Shown: piece by piece, positions 18,894-29,660 of the stretch
How the letters are laid out: the number at the start of each line of letters is the position of its first letter
Numbering within the stretch: position 1 is the first letter of the stretch
Source: an uncultured Candidatus Berkelbacteria bacterium
GTDB lineage: Bacteria; Patescibacteriota; UBA1384; UBA12157; JAENIV01
Assembly (NCBI GenBank): GCA_963698075.1
Contig: OY969116.1
Coordinates: 255,492-311,009, forward strand
Direction of reading: 5' to 3'
Length of the DNA: 55,518 nucleotides
Notes under the pieces: model-generated
The model's database searches: none
Told to the model about the DNA's origin: nothing
The model's input: only the letters and a program-made list of their open reading frames with translations
Program-made: the position numbers and the translations under genes

Positions 18894-19064
18894 TCATCGA
18901 TGATGATGTTTCTGGAACTCACCTTTTTTCTTGGCAATTTTTGGCGGCACCGCCTTGGGTTTGCCGCGTTGTTTGCCCATCATCCCCACTTCATACCATT
19001 TCTTGTGTTCTTTCTGGGTTTCCAAATAATAATTACTGTGCTCGGTTTTTTTAGTTTTAGGCAT
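18894..19064 (-). CDS. 56-aa highly basic small protein between gyrB and gyrA (not in ORF track)
   Basis: Product MPKTKKTEHSNYYLETQKEHKKWYEVGMMGKQRGKPKAVPPKIAKKKGEFQKHHHR. Co-directional with gyrB/gyrA. aaggaa lies upstream of the ATG. Confidence 0.45.
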   Translation of the reverse strand: MPKTKKTEHSNYYLETQKEHKKWYEVGMMGKQRGKPKAVPPKIAKKKGEFQKHHHR

Positions 19065-19075
19065 AATGTTCCTTT

Positions 19076-21028
<1,953 letters not shown>

Positions 21029-21113
21029 CTACCTAAAATGGGGAAAATCCCCTAATTTTATTCTTATTTACCTAATTTAATTATATCAAAAATCGAATAT
21101 CAATGAAAGCTAT

Positions 21114-22499
21114 TTAAAGCTTTCTGTCTCCATCCAAAACGCCATTATATAGCAGCTCATTTTGACGCAAAATCGTCAATTTATCCCCCACCACGCCCGG
21201 TTGTTTTTGAATCAAAAGATGATAGGAATCGGTTTTGAGTGGTAATAAATAGGAAAATTCCAAAATGTTAGCTTGGCCGGGATTAGTAAAAATTTGATAG
21301 CCAAAAAAGGTTTTTTCCGCCTCAGCGCCTACCACCACCTCACCACTGATATCTTTTTCATTCAATTTAGCCGAAAGCAACATCGAACCCTCGGGAACAA
21401 AGACCCTCAACCAATTATCGTTTGGTCCATCCGGCCAGACATAGGAACCGGTATGAATGCGGGTAATTTTTAAATCGGCTTGGAGTTTGCCATCGGCTCG
21501 AGTCTCAACCCGGTAATCCAAACTTTCTTTAATTTTGATTGATGATTTATCGCCCGAATAGCTATTACTATTTATATATAGATAGTCAATATCCTTGTTA
21601 GTTTCAAATAAATCCTCGAGCTCTTGTTTGGTGGGAATTTTGCCCGCCCAATTTTGTTCCTCAGCAACCTGTTCTTTGGTGGGATCGTTAAAATAAAAAA
21701 TAATCTCTTTTTGATTAAGTTCTCTTTTGAGCAATTTCAGAAATTCTATTTTATTGGCCATTGCCCGCTTAATAATTTCCGGATACAAATCCTTCAAAAA
21801 TGTCTTGGGTTCATTGATGACCCAATTGGCCGGATCTTGCCAGTAAGCTTTTTCCACTTGATATTGAGTCGTTTCATAAAAATTATCGGCCGATATCACG
21901 AGATTGTATTGATCTAAATGAATCGGCCCAGTAGTTTTTAAAAGGTCAACCATCACCTGGGCGTTTAAAGCGATAACACCATCAACATTTTCGCCAGTTT
22001 CTTTTTGGTAAAAAGACAAAATATCCTGCGATGCTTCCGGAAATGAAGCATCGTAGTTCGAATCACGTAACTCCCAGCTTTTGCCTTTGAGAAATTTCGC
22101 CAATGGCGCCGGTGCCTGGACAAACCCTGCATCACTAAATTGACGATCAAGGGCGATGATATTGGTGTTAAATGTTAAATTTTCGATTTTCAGATTATGA
22201 ATCTCGGCAACCGCATACGAACCGATAAAGCCGCCGGAGGAACGAATCTCAGCATTGTTTTGAAAAAGGATTAAATATTTGCCATCACGGAATAAAGAAA
22301 TCGGCTCAACCTTATTTAAAATAAAACTGGCTCCCAGGCGACCGAAAAAGAAGAAGCCACTAATGAGACTCGCCAAAATCAAAAAGAGAAGCCAGAGTTT
22401 AAAAAATTTTTTCTTTTGAACTTTTTTTAGTCTTCGGTTAATAGTATCAACTAGGATTAACCCTCCTTTGATATAATTATGACTTTCGGAAATATTCAA
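21114..22499 (-). CDS. DUF4012 domain-containing membrane protein
   Basis: N-terminal TM segment, the motif NNAEIRSSGGFIGSYA, and a setting next to polysaccharide genes. Confidence 0.65.
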   Translation of the reverse strand: MNISESHNYIKGGLILVDTINRRLKKVQKKKFFKLWLLFLILASLISGFFFFGRLGASFILNKVEPISLFRDGKYLILFQNNAEIRSSGGFIGSYAVAEIHNLKIENLTFNTNIIALDRQFSDAGFVQAPAPLAKFLKGKSWELRDSNYDASFPEASQDILSFYQKETGENVDGVIALNAQVMVDLLKTTGPIHLDQYNLVISADNFYETTQYQVEKAYWQDPANWVINEPKTFLKDLYPEIIKRAMANKIEFLKLLKRELNQKEIIFYFNDPTKEQVAEEQNWAGKIPTKQELEDLFETNKDIDYLYINSNSYSGDKSSIKIKESLDYRVETRADGKLQADLKITRIHTGSYVWPDGPNDNWLRVFVPEGSMLLSAKLNEKDISGEVVVGAEAEKTFFGYQIFTNPGQANILEFSYLLPLKTDSYHLLIQKQPGVVGDKLTILRQNELLYNGVLDGDRKL

Positions 22500-23094
22500 C
22501 CGCCAAACAAATAATCACGCCCAATAAAATCCCTCCTACCAGTCCGATAATCGTATTAAGCCATAAATTGGCAGTGGTTTCATTGACGATTGGAGGAAAA
22601 GTCACCATATCATAAACATTTTCCGTATCGGTACGACCCAATTCATTGGTCTTCGCCTGCACCACATCCAAGGATGCATTTATTAATTTGGTAATTGCCT
22701 CTTTATCGGAACCAGTGATCGAAACGTTAATCGTCGCCGGCTCAACTCGACCAGCCCTGAAAGTTTTCGCCAAAGCTTTCTGGGATATATCAGGTACGGG
22801 AATACCTGCCTTATCATAGATTTCTTTAACCACCGCCGCCGAGCTATACCATGAGGTGACAATCATTGAAAAAAGCGAGGATGATTGGACATTGTAGTAA
22901 TTATCATAAAGATAATAATTGACCTGAGATTGTTTTAAGCTTGAAGCCTTGTTGACTGTCAAAATTGTCGACGCCAAAAAGCTGCGTGGTTGAGTTTTGG
23001 TAAAAACAAAAGCCCCCAGCGTCAAAACGATGACGGTTATCCAAAAAATCACTTTGTACTTACCAATGATGCGAAAATATTCTTTCAGTTCCAT
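22477..23094 (-). CDS. Wzz-like polysaccharide chain-length determinant N-terminal domain protein
   Basis: MELKEYFRIIGKYKVIFWITVIVLTLGAFVF, plus a C-terminal TM segment (IIGLVGGILLGVIICLAV). Confidence 0.65.
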   Translation of the reverse strand: MELKEYFRIIGKYKVIFWITVIVLTLGAFVFTKTQPRSFLASTILTVNKASSLKQSQVNYYLYDNYYNVQSSSLFSMIVTSWYSSAAVVKEIYDKAGIPVPDISQKALAKTFRAGRVEPATINVSITGSDKEAITKLINASLDVVQAKTNELGRTDTENVYDMVTFPPIVNETTANLWLNTIIGLVGGILLGVIICLAVEYFRKS

Positions 23095-24284
23095 TTTTCC
23101 CTTTCATCTTTATTTTGTAATTTGACATTTGAACTTTGAACTTTATTTAGAATATACTCTAAAATCCGTCTCTTGAAAAGCTTTTTGTCAAATTTTTTGG
23201 CCTGTTGCCGTATTAATTGCTGTTTAAACTTGCCTAACCGCATGCTTTTTTGGAATCTTTTAATCGCCGCCATTAGACCCTTAACAGTCTGCGGCTGAAA
23301 TAAAACCCCAGTTTTGCCATCAATTATTGACTCCAAAACGCCGCCTTTGGCATAGGCGATCACTGGTCTTCCCGTTGCCATTGATTCCAAGGGAACAATG
23401 CCAGCGTCTTCTTCCTGCGGGAAAATAGTCGCGTTAGCATTTTGATAGTATTTTGCTAAATCTTCGTCAGAGACGCGACCGATAAGTTCGATATTTTCTT
23501 TAAGCCGATTTTTATATTCATCTAACCTTGTACCGCCGCCGACAATCTTCAAGGACAAATTTAATTTTTTAAATGCCTCAATCATCAAATCAACTTTTTT
23601 GTATGGTTCAATTCTAGAAACAATTAAATAATATTGGCCAGGAGTATCTTTCGGCCTAAAACGTTTAATATCCACCGGCGGAAAAATCGGAAAAGAATCA
23701 CGGTTGTAATATTTTTTAATCCGTTTTTGAACATTAACCGAATTGGCAATATAAAAATCAGGCCGCTGGGAAGCTTTTAAATCCCATTTTCTTAAGAATT
23801 TAATCACGATCGGCATAATTGGGCGGATAAAATTCGGAATCGGCGCATTTTTAAGATAATCGGGGCTATCAAACCAGAGCCATCTTGTCGGCGTATTGCA
23901 ATAACAAATATGAACAGTTGGTTTTTTGGTTTTAACGCCTTTGACCAAAGCCGAGGTTACTGACAAAACCACATCGTATTTTTTGAAATCAAATGATTCG
24001 ATCGCCCAAGGCATCAACGGCAAGTACCATTTATAGTTTTTGATGCCGAAGGGCAGTTTTTGGATAAAACTTGTCCGGATATCATGCTTGGCATATTTGC
24101 CGCCGGTTTTTTGATTATCCCAAACCAATGTATAAACCGGCGCCTTAGGAAAGAGCTCAATTAAACAATCGAGGACCCTTTCGGCTCCTCCTAATTGCGT
24201 TAACTCTTCGGCCACCAAGGCCACTTTCAGATTGTCTAACGAATTACGAATCATACTAATTGTACTAATAAACAAGCGAGCCAT
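23085..24284 (-). CDS. glycosyltransferase family 4
   Basis: GT-B C-terminal motif: FPQEEDAGIVPLESMATGRPVIAYAKGGVLESIIDGKTGVLF. Confidence 0.85.
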   Translation of the reverse strand: MARLFISTISMIRNSLDNLKVALVAEELTQLGGAERVLDCLIELFPKAPVYTLVWDNQKTGGKYAKHDIRTSFIQKLPFGIKNYKWYLPLMPWAIESFDFKKYDVVLSVTSALVKGVKTKKPTVHICYCNTPTRWLWFDSPDYLKNAPIPNFIRPIMPIVIKFLRKWDLKASQRPDFYIANSVNVQKRIKKYYNRDSFPIFPPVDIKRFRPKDTPGQYYLIVSRIEPYKKVDLMIEAFKKLNLSLKIVGGGTRLDEYKNRLKENIELIGRVSDEDLAKYYQNANATIFPQEEDAGIVPLESMATGRPVIAYAKGGVLESIIDGKTGVLFQPQTVKGLMAAIKRFQKSMRLGKFKQQLIRQQAKKFDKKLFKRRILEYILNKVQSSNVKLQNKDEREKWN

Positions 24285-24423
24285 ATACCCTCAAAAGTGG
24301 CTCTCGCAGGCCAAAAAGCACGGTCCCAGAGCGAAGCGGCGGGTTTTTGGCCGAGAGCGCAGGCACCGATTGCGCGCTGGAGCAATCGTAGTGCCGGCAT
24401 CTTTTGACGGATACTGGCGAGCG
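24274..24423 (+). repeat. ~150-nt GC-rich structured repeat, copy A
   Basis: Near-identical to 41768..41918. Arms match 32/33 and 66/67 nt around a divergent ~24-nt centre. Contains hairpin ggcaccgattgc/gcaatcgtagtgcc, stem ggccaaaaa/tttttggcc and closing stem cctcaaaag/cttttgacgg. Confidence 0.85.
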
Positions 24424-24429
24424 TAAAAA

Positions 24430-25833
24430 TTAATAAGCTCCCCTTCCCTTAATCACCACCAAAATCGTCTTTAAAAAAATCTGAAAATCGAGCCACAAAG
24501 ACCAGTTTTCAATGTAATAGGCATCAAGCCGCACCCATTCATCAAAGGAAACTTCCGATCTTCCGGAAACCTGCCAAAGACCGGTAATCCCCGGTTTAAG
24601 TCCCAAACGGCGTTTTTGCCAATTAGTGTATTGAGCCACCTCCGATGCGAGCGGTGGTCTTGGACCAATTAAGCTCATTTGACCTTTTAAACAATTAAAA
24701 AACTGCGGTAATTCATCCAAGGATGTTTGGCGGATAAATTTGCCAACAACTGTCAGTCGGGGATCATTTTTAAGCTTGAAAACTGGACCGTCGGCCTCGC
24801 TTTTTTTGGCTAATTTTTGCAAAATTTCAGCGGCTTTTTTACCGCCATATTCATCGCCCGTACAATATTCAACCCGCATCGAACGAAATTTCAGCAAATT
24901 AAATCGTTTATTCTCAAAACCGACCCGTTCCTGCTTATAAAATATTGGTCCTCTTGAAGTAATCTTGACCAGAATCGCCGTCAAAATCATCAACGGTGAA
25001 GTTAAAATAATCAAAACGATTGAGCCGAAAAGATCAGTGATACGTTTAATTATTCTTCCCCAGCCATCAAGCGGCGAACGTTTAAAATCCATAATCGGGA
25101 CATTGGCTAAGGTTTCGATGCCAACATGAGAAGAACGAACCAAAAACAAATCCGGAGTCATTTTAAAACCAATGTGATGAGCCCGCGAGAATTCCAATAT
25201 ATCGGAGATTTTCTTCTGCGTTAGATGAGTATTGGCAACAATAATTTCTTCCGCCTTATATTTGGCAAAGATTGATCCGAGCTTGTCGACTGCATCTTCA
25301 TCAACGACACGAACTAAATTATAACCGAGACTGCGGTTTCGACGAATTTCCTCGATCAAACTTTTCGACGAAGAATTGCCCCCTAGAATAATCACCCGAT
25401 GAGCGCCGATTTCCCAGCGGTATAAAAATTTTTGGATAAAATGCATTAGGAATCTCGCGGCGGTAATTAAAATGATTGCAATAAACCAAACATAAATAAT
25501 AATTAAACGCGAGAAAAAAGTCGTTTTTGATAAAAATATCCAAGCCAAAACAACGGCCACAGCGGCAGAGACCGCCACCACAATTTTGCCGAATTCCACA
25601 AACCGGCCATAGCGCTCCTTGCTCGAATAAAGACCATTAAAAATAAAGACGACAAACCAGATTGGCAAGGTCAGAAAGACAAACTGTAAATAGCCGGGCA
25701 AGGGCTCAACATAAATCACCGGCACGAAGGTAAAAAAGGTTCTGATTTTATAGGCCAAAAAGAACGATAAAAGGACCATCGCTAAATCGATGGGAATTTG
25801 TAAAAACGTAAAAATTAGCTCGGAACGCTTCAT
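24430..25833 (-). CDS. polyprenyl glycosylphosphotransferase (bacterial sugar transferase, WbaP/EpsB-like)
   Basis: Multi-TM N-terminus. The C-terminal domain has GPIFYKQERVG, RPGITGLWQVSGR and similar blocks (SLIGPRPP, KPGITGLWQVSGRS). Confidence 0.9.
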   Translation of the reverse strand: MKRSELIFTFLQIPIDLAMVLLSFFLAYKIRTFFTFVPVIYVEPLPGYLQFVFLTLPIWFVVFIFNGLYSSKERYGRFVEFGKIVVAVSAAVAVVLAWIFLSKTTFFSRLIIIYVWFIAIILITAARFLMHFIQKFLYRWEIGAHRVIILGGNSSSKSLIEEIRRNRSLGYNLVRVVDEDAVDKLGSIFAKYKAEEIIVANTHLTQKKISDILEFSRAHHIGFKMTPDLFLVRSSHVGIETLANVPIMDFKRSPLDGWGRIIKRITDLFGSIVLIILTSPLMILTAILVKITSRGPIFYKQERVGFENKRFNLLKFRSMRVEYCTGDEYGGKKAAEILQKLAKKSEADGPVFKLKNDPRLTVVGKFIRQTSLDELPQFFNCLKGQMSLIGPRPPLASEVAQYTNWQKRRLGLKPGITGLWQVSGRSEVSFDEWVRLDAYYIENWSLWLDFQIFLKTILVVIKGRGAY

Positions 25834-25942
25834 AAGCTTAGTTTCACGTAATTTTTAATACTACCTTCTAATTTAGCAGATTATCAAATAAAAATCAATC
25901 AATTATTTCCGATTTTCCCCAACAAGAAAACCCGCCTTGCGT

Positions 25943-25968
25943 AGAAGACTACGCTCGACGAGTCTTCT
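25943..25968 (-). terminator. hairpin downstream of 25987..26187 gene
   Basis: agaagact / agtcttct 8-bp stem with a 10-nt loop. The T-tract is weak. Confidence 0.35.
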
Positions 25969-25986
25969 TGATTACTTTCCTAAATT

Positions 25987-26187
25987 TTAGCCTTTCTTAA
26001 GCATCGGGAGACCTGTTCGGCTATTCTCCATTACCACCATCCCGGCTGGTAAATCATCCATAGCACCTTCTTTCTCGGTACGAGCAAAATAGTAGATGGT
26101 TTGTTTGCGGCCGCCGCGAAGGGTAACATCTTTTGAGTGGAGATAATAGGTCTCTCCAGTCTTCTTCGATTGAACTGAATACGCCAT
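25987..26187 (-). CDS. hypothetical small protein
   Basis: 66 aa. Strong SD aaggagg lies 7 nt upstream of the ATG. Confidence 0.6.
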   Translation of the reverse strand: MAYSVQSKKTGETYYLHSKDVTLRGGRKQTIYYFARTEKEGAMDDLPAGMVVMENSRTGLPMLKKG

Positions 26188-26397
26188 TTAAATCACCTCC
26201 TTTACTTTTTTGATTTAACCTGTTTCAAGGTTACATATCTATTATCAGGAGGGGTTTTCTGGTTGTCAAGAGGCAAACTGATTTAACAGGTTAATTTACT
26301 AATTTTAAGGTTTATTTTGGCGTGTTTTTGATCTTAAAACTCAAAAGATATCCACAGGGAAGAATATTTGATTTTTAAAATTTTATGTGCTGATTAT

Positions 26398-26441
26398 AGG
26401 ATTAGCTAGTCTATAGCTTAGGATTAGCTGGTCTGTAGCTT
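26398..26441 (+). repeat. tandem 22-bp direct repeat (4 TAGCT boxes phased every 11 bp), putative operator
   Basis: aggattagctagtctatagctt / aggattagctggtctgtagctt, 20/22 identical. It ends 5 nt before the SD of the ThyA-like gene. Confidence 0.8.
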
Positions 26442-26459
26442 GACAAAGGAGGTTCGAAG

Positions 26460-27410
26460 GTGAAAGTTGACAATCTCTCTGATGAGTTTGTTTTGGGAGA
26501 AAATGGCGAACGAGTAGCCACGGTGGACTGGATCAATATTCCCGATCGTCCGTTCATCCAAGGACAGACGCCCCGGATTGAGATTATCGGTCAGACCCTT
26601 CCTGAGGTTTGGGAGCGATCAGTCCTAGCTAACTGGTTTTACGGCGGTCTGGCTGCGACTCAATACGACAAACCTGACGAGCCGCCAAGTCGAGACTGCA
26701 CGATTGAGCTGACCATTCTTGAGCCATTGACAGAGCCAAGAATCCACAAGTGTTTTCCCGGCGCGTTTGAAGACCTGGAGATCTATCGTCAGGAAGTTGT
26801 TATTGGCATCCACGATCACTGGATTGATTTGACACCAGGCAGTACTAAATGGCCCTATACCTACCATGACCGCCTGTTCAACTATAATCCACGTTATCCT
26901 GAACCGGGTCCTGGGATCGATCAAATTGATCAGATTATTCGCACCTTGGCTGAAACACCCTACTCCCGGCGCGCTAATGCCGTCACCTGGTATCCGTGGT
27001 TTGATCCTCAAAGAACCGACCCGCCCTGTCTCCAACGGGTCTGGTGTCGGCTCATCCCTAATGAAAATGGTCAGTTGGTGCTCAACATGAACTTCAGCAT
27101 GCGTTCTTGGGATGCTTACAAGGCTGCTCTCATGAATATCTTCGCTTTCATTGATCTTGAAGAGCTGATTGCTCGAGAGATTGCCAAACTAAGAAATGAG
27201 GAAATCCTCGTCGGACCTCTCTCGGGCTATGGTGACAGTTTCCATATCTATGGTAAAGATTTCCAAAATCCAGAACTAGTCCTTTCTTTCCAAGGTTTCC
27301 TCCACGCCTTGAGGATCAGACCATGGGTGGAAAGGGTTTGTCGCCTTGACAACCCAATCGTTCAAGAATGCTTCGAAGAAGCCAGAGAACGAATCAAAAA
27401 AGAACAATAA
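26460..27410 (+). CDS. thymidylate synthase (ThyA) superfamily protein, divergent/archaeal-like
   Basis: GTG start after SD aaggagg. SRRANAVTWYP, DPPCLQRVWCRL (nucleophile Cys), SMRSWDAY, GDSFHIYG. Confidence 0.7.
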   Translation: MKVDNLSDEFVLGENGERVATVDWINIPDRPFIQGQTPRIEIIGQTLPEVWERSVLANWFYGGLAATQYDKPDEPPSRDCTIELTILEPLTEPRIHKCFPGAFEDLEIYRQEVVIGIHDHWIDLTPGSTKWPYTYHDRLFNYNPRYPEPGPGIDQIDQIIRTLAETPYSRRANAVTWYPWFDPQRTDPPCLQRVWCRLIPNENGQLVLNMNFSMRSWDAYKAALMNIFAFIDLEELIAREIAKLRNEEILVGPLSGYGDSFHIYGKDFQNPELVLSFQGFLHALRIRPWVERVCRLDNPIVQECFEEARERIKKEQ

Positions 27411-27432
27411 ACACAAATTCGGCATCCCGCTC

Positions 27433-27460
27433 GCCTTTTGGCAGCGGGATTTCGCATATT
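27433..27460 (+). terminator. terminator-like hairpin
   Basis: atcccgct / agcgggat stem followed by ttcgcatatt. Confidence 0.5.
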
Positions 27461-27540
27461 AGGTTGCAAATTATGGAACCATCATTTATTCTCTGTTTAG
27501 TGGCAGAATGGCTGGCCGCAAAACCAAGGGAGGTCGCACC

Positions 27541-28272
27541 TTGAAACGACTGGCAATGTTGATTTCAGGAGGCGGAACTACCATGGCCGCCATCATTGAA
27601 GCCTGCAAGACAGGACCACTCCAGGGCTTGATCGAACCAGCGCTAGTGATTGCTAGCAAGCCAGAGATCAAGGGGATCGATCGGGCTATCGAAGCTGGTA
27701 TCGACCCCGATCGTGTTCTGATCTGGAGTCCGAAGATGGCCCAAGGATGGGAGGCATTCGGTACCAGGCTCATCGCGCTGTTTGAATACCACAAGATCGA
27801 CCTCATCGGCCAGTACGGCTGGCTGCCGTACACACCTGCCAATGTCATCGCCGCTTTCGAGGGCCGAATCGTCAACCAGCACAATGCGCCTCTCGATCCC
27901 GGCCGGCCGCACTTCGGGGGCGATGGCTGCTATGGCCGACGTAATGTCTGCGCCCGTCTCTACTACGTTCGGAAAATCGGCTGTCCAGAAGATCAGTTCA
28001 CCGAGGCGACCGCCCATTACGTCACCACCGAAGTGGATGGCGGCGCGGTCATCGGGAGGACAAGAGTAGATATCCTACCCAGCGATGATGTTTTCTCTCT
28101 TCAACAACGGCTGCTCGCGGTTGAACACCAGCTACAAATAGAGGTCCTGGAACGGCTCGGCCGAGGAACTGCCGTGCCGCTTATTCGCGAAAAGCCACTC
28201 GTTCCAAAGTGGCGTGTCCCATTGCTTGAGAAGTCCAAGTACATCGCCAGTCTGCTCTTCCCGCACGGCTGA
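27541..28272 (+). CDS. purN: phosphoribosylglycinamide formyltransferase-like (formyl transferase N-domain)
   Basis: Start set at the TTG at 27541, 7 nt after SD gggagg, giving MKRLAMLISGGGTT. VNQHNAPLDP (N..H) and EVDGGAVIG (Asp). There is an insertion relative to canonical PurN. The track ORF starts at 27508. Confidence 0.65.
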   Translation: MKRLAMLISGGGTTMAAIIEACKTGPLQGLIEPALVIASKPEIKGIDRAIEAGIDPDRVLIWSPKMAQGWEAFGTRLIALFEYHKIDLIGQYGWLPYTPANVIAAFEGRIVNQHNAPLDPGRPHFGGDGCYGRRNVCARLYYVRKIGCPEDQFTEATAHYVTTEVDGGAVIGRTRVDILPSDDVFSLQQRLLAVEHQLQIEVLERLGRGTAVPLIREKPLVPKWRVPLLEKSKYIASLLFPHG

Positions 28273-28297
28273 AAAACCGAAGTAAAAGGAGTAGAAA

Positions 28298-29545
28298 ATG
28301 AATGCACTGGTCATCGGTGGTGGTGGCCGAGAGCATGCCCTCGTCTGGAAACTCGCGCAATCACCAAACGTCAGGGAAGTGATTTGTGCCCCGGGAAATG
28401 CTGGTACCAGTCGAGGGAAAAGCCGTAACACCCCGATCAAAGCTGATGATCTAGCGTCACTGATTGCTTTCGCCGAGAGAGAACGGCCTGATCTGACCGT
28501 CGTCGGCCCGGAGTTGCCGCTCACTATGGGTATTGTCGATCGCTGGCCCAAGGGTCTGCGGATTTGGGGACCGAAAGCCAAGCAAGCTGAACTTGAAGGC
28601 AGCAAAGCCTCTGCGGTGACCCTCTGCCAGCAACTGGGGATACCGATTCCCCGCTCTATCATCTGCCGCCACGGCTCCGACGCCTACCATGCCATCAGCA
28701 CCTTCCCGAACGGTCGCTGTGTCGTCAAGGCCGATGGCCTGGCCGGCGGTAAAGGTGCCAAGATGTGTCCCAGCGAGATGATTGCCCGCGAAGAAGCCGC
28801 TAAAATGCTGGCCGGGAGCCTCGGGGATGCTGGCCGGTGCCTCGTCATTCAGGAATGGCTCGAGGGCTGGGAAACTTCGCTGATGGTCCTCTGTGCCGGC
28901 GGTCAGGTTATTCCACTAGAAACCGCCCAGGACTACAAGCGGATCCATGATGGTGATCAAGGTCCAAACACCGGGGGTATGGGTGCCTATTCACCAGTCG
29001 AACACTTCACCCCCGAACTCCTCGCTCAAACGATGGAGACGATTGTTCGACCAATTGTCGCCGCTACCGGTTTCCAAGGCGTCCTCTATGTCGCTTTGAT
29101 GGTCACCAAAGATGGTCCGAAGGTCCTCGAGTTCAACGTCCGCTTTGGCGATCCGGAACTCCAGGTCGTCCTGCCGCGACTGGAATCCGACCTCTATCAG
29201 ATTCTCTATGAAGGCGCTGCTGGCCGGTTCCCGACGACCGAACTTGAGTGGTCGACCAACGCCTGTGTCTGTGTTGTCATGGCTTCCGAGGGCTACCCGG
29301 GCAAGCCACGCACCGGTGACGTCATTCTCGGACTTGAAGACCTCAAGAAAGATCGGCCGCGAATCATCGTCTTTCATGCCGGCACCAAACTCGATGAGAA
29401 TGGCCGATTGGTCACCAGCGGCGGCCGCGTTCTCAATGTCGTCGCCATGGCTGCCAGTCGACCGCTCGCCCACGCTGATGTCTATTATGCCACCAGCTAT
29501 ATCGTCTGGCGGGGAGAACAGCACCGCCACGACATCGCCGCTTAA
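28298..29545 (+). CDS. purD: phosphoribosylamine--glycine ligase
   Basis: 415 aa. MNALVIGGGGREHALVWKL, an ATP-grasp core, and the C-terminal GGRVLNVVA. Confidence 0.93.
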   Translation: MNALVIGGGGREHALVWKLAQSPNVREVICAPGNAGTSRGKSRNTPIKADDLASLIAFAERERPDLTVVGPELPLTMGIVDRWPKGLRIWGPKAKQAELEGSKASAVTLCQQLGIPIPRSIICRHGSDAYHAISTFPNGRCVVKADGLAGGKGAKMCPSEMIAREEAAKMLAGSLGDAGRCLVIQEWLEGWETSLMVLCAGGQVIPLETAQDYKRIHDGDQGPNTGGMGAYSPVEHFTPELLAQTMETIVRPIVAATGFQGVLYVALMVTKDGPKVLEFNVRFGDPELQVVLPRLESDLYQILYEGAAGRFPTTELEWSTNACVCVVMASEGYPGKPRTGDVILGLEDLKKDRPRIIVFHAGTKLDENGRLVTSGGRVLNVVAMAASRPLAHADVYYATSYIVWRGEQHRHDIAA

Positions 29546-29566
29546 CCGCATCCTAGAGAGTCAACC

Positions 29567-29597
29567 GAGCGCTGTCACCAGACAGCGCTCTTTCTTT
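29567..29597 (+). terminator. rho-independent terminator
   Basis: gagcgctgtc acca gacagcgctc followed by tttcttt. Confidence 0.8.
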
Positions 29598-29603
29598 ATA
29601 TTC

Positions 29604-29637
29604 AAAAAACGACCCGAATTTTGAGGGTCGTTTTTTG
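29604..29637. terminator. bidirectional terminator
   Basis: aaaaaacgaccc ... gggtcgtttttt, with an A-tract and a T-tract flanking the stem. Confidence 0.7.
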
Positions 29638-29660
29638 CGTGGCGTCCGCCAGCTGGCGGA

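Noticed and set aside
24232-24426. 64-aa plus-strand ORF over repeat copy A, and the 64-aa minus-strand ORF 41756..41950 over copy B.
   Set aside because: The two ORFs are on opposite strands of the same repeat, so no reading frame is conserved. The sequence is better explained as a structured non-coding repeat.
26346-26356. DnaA-box-like atatccaca, and the idea that gyrB-gyrA marks an origin region.
   Set aside because: It is a single 8/9 match with no cluster of boxes, no dnaA/dnaN nearby and no AT-rich unwinding element context.
26397-26426. TAGGATT heptamer in sense orientation upstream of the ThyA-like gene (twice), purH (about 37836) and the 45824 gene (about 45859).
   Set aside because: Any 7-mer is expected several times by chance in 55 kb on two strands, and the surrounding sequence is not conserved.
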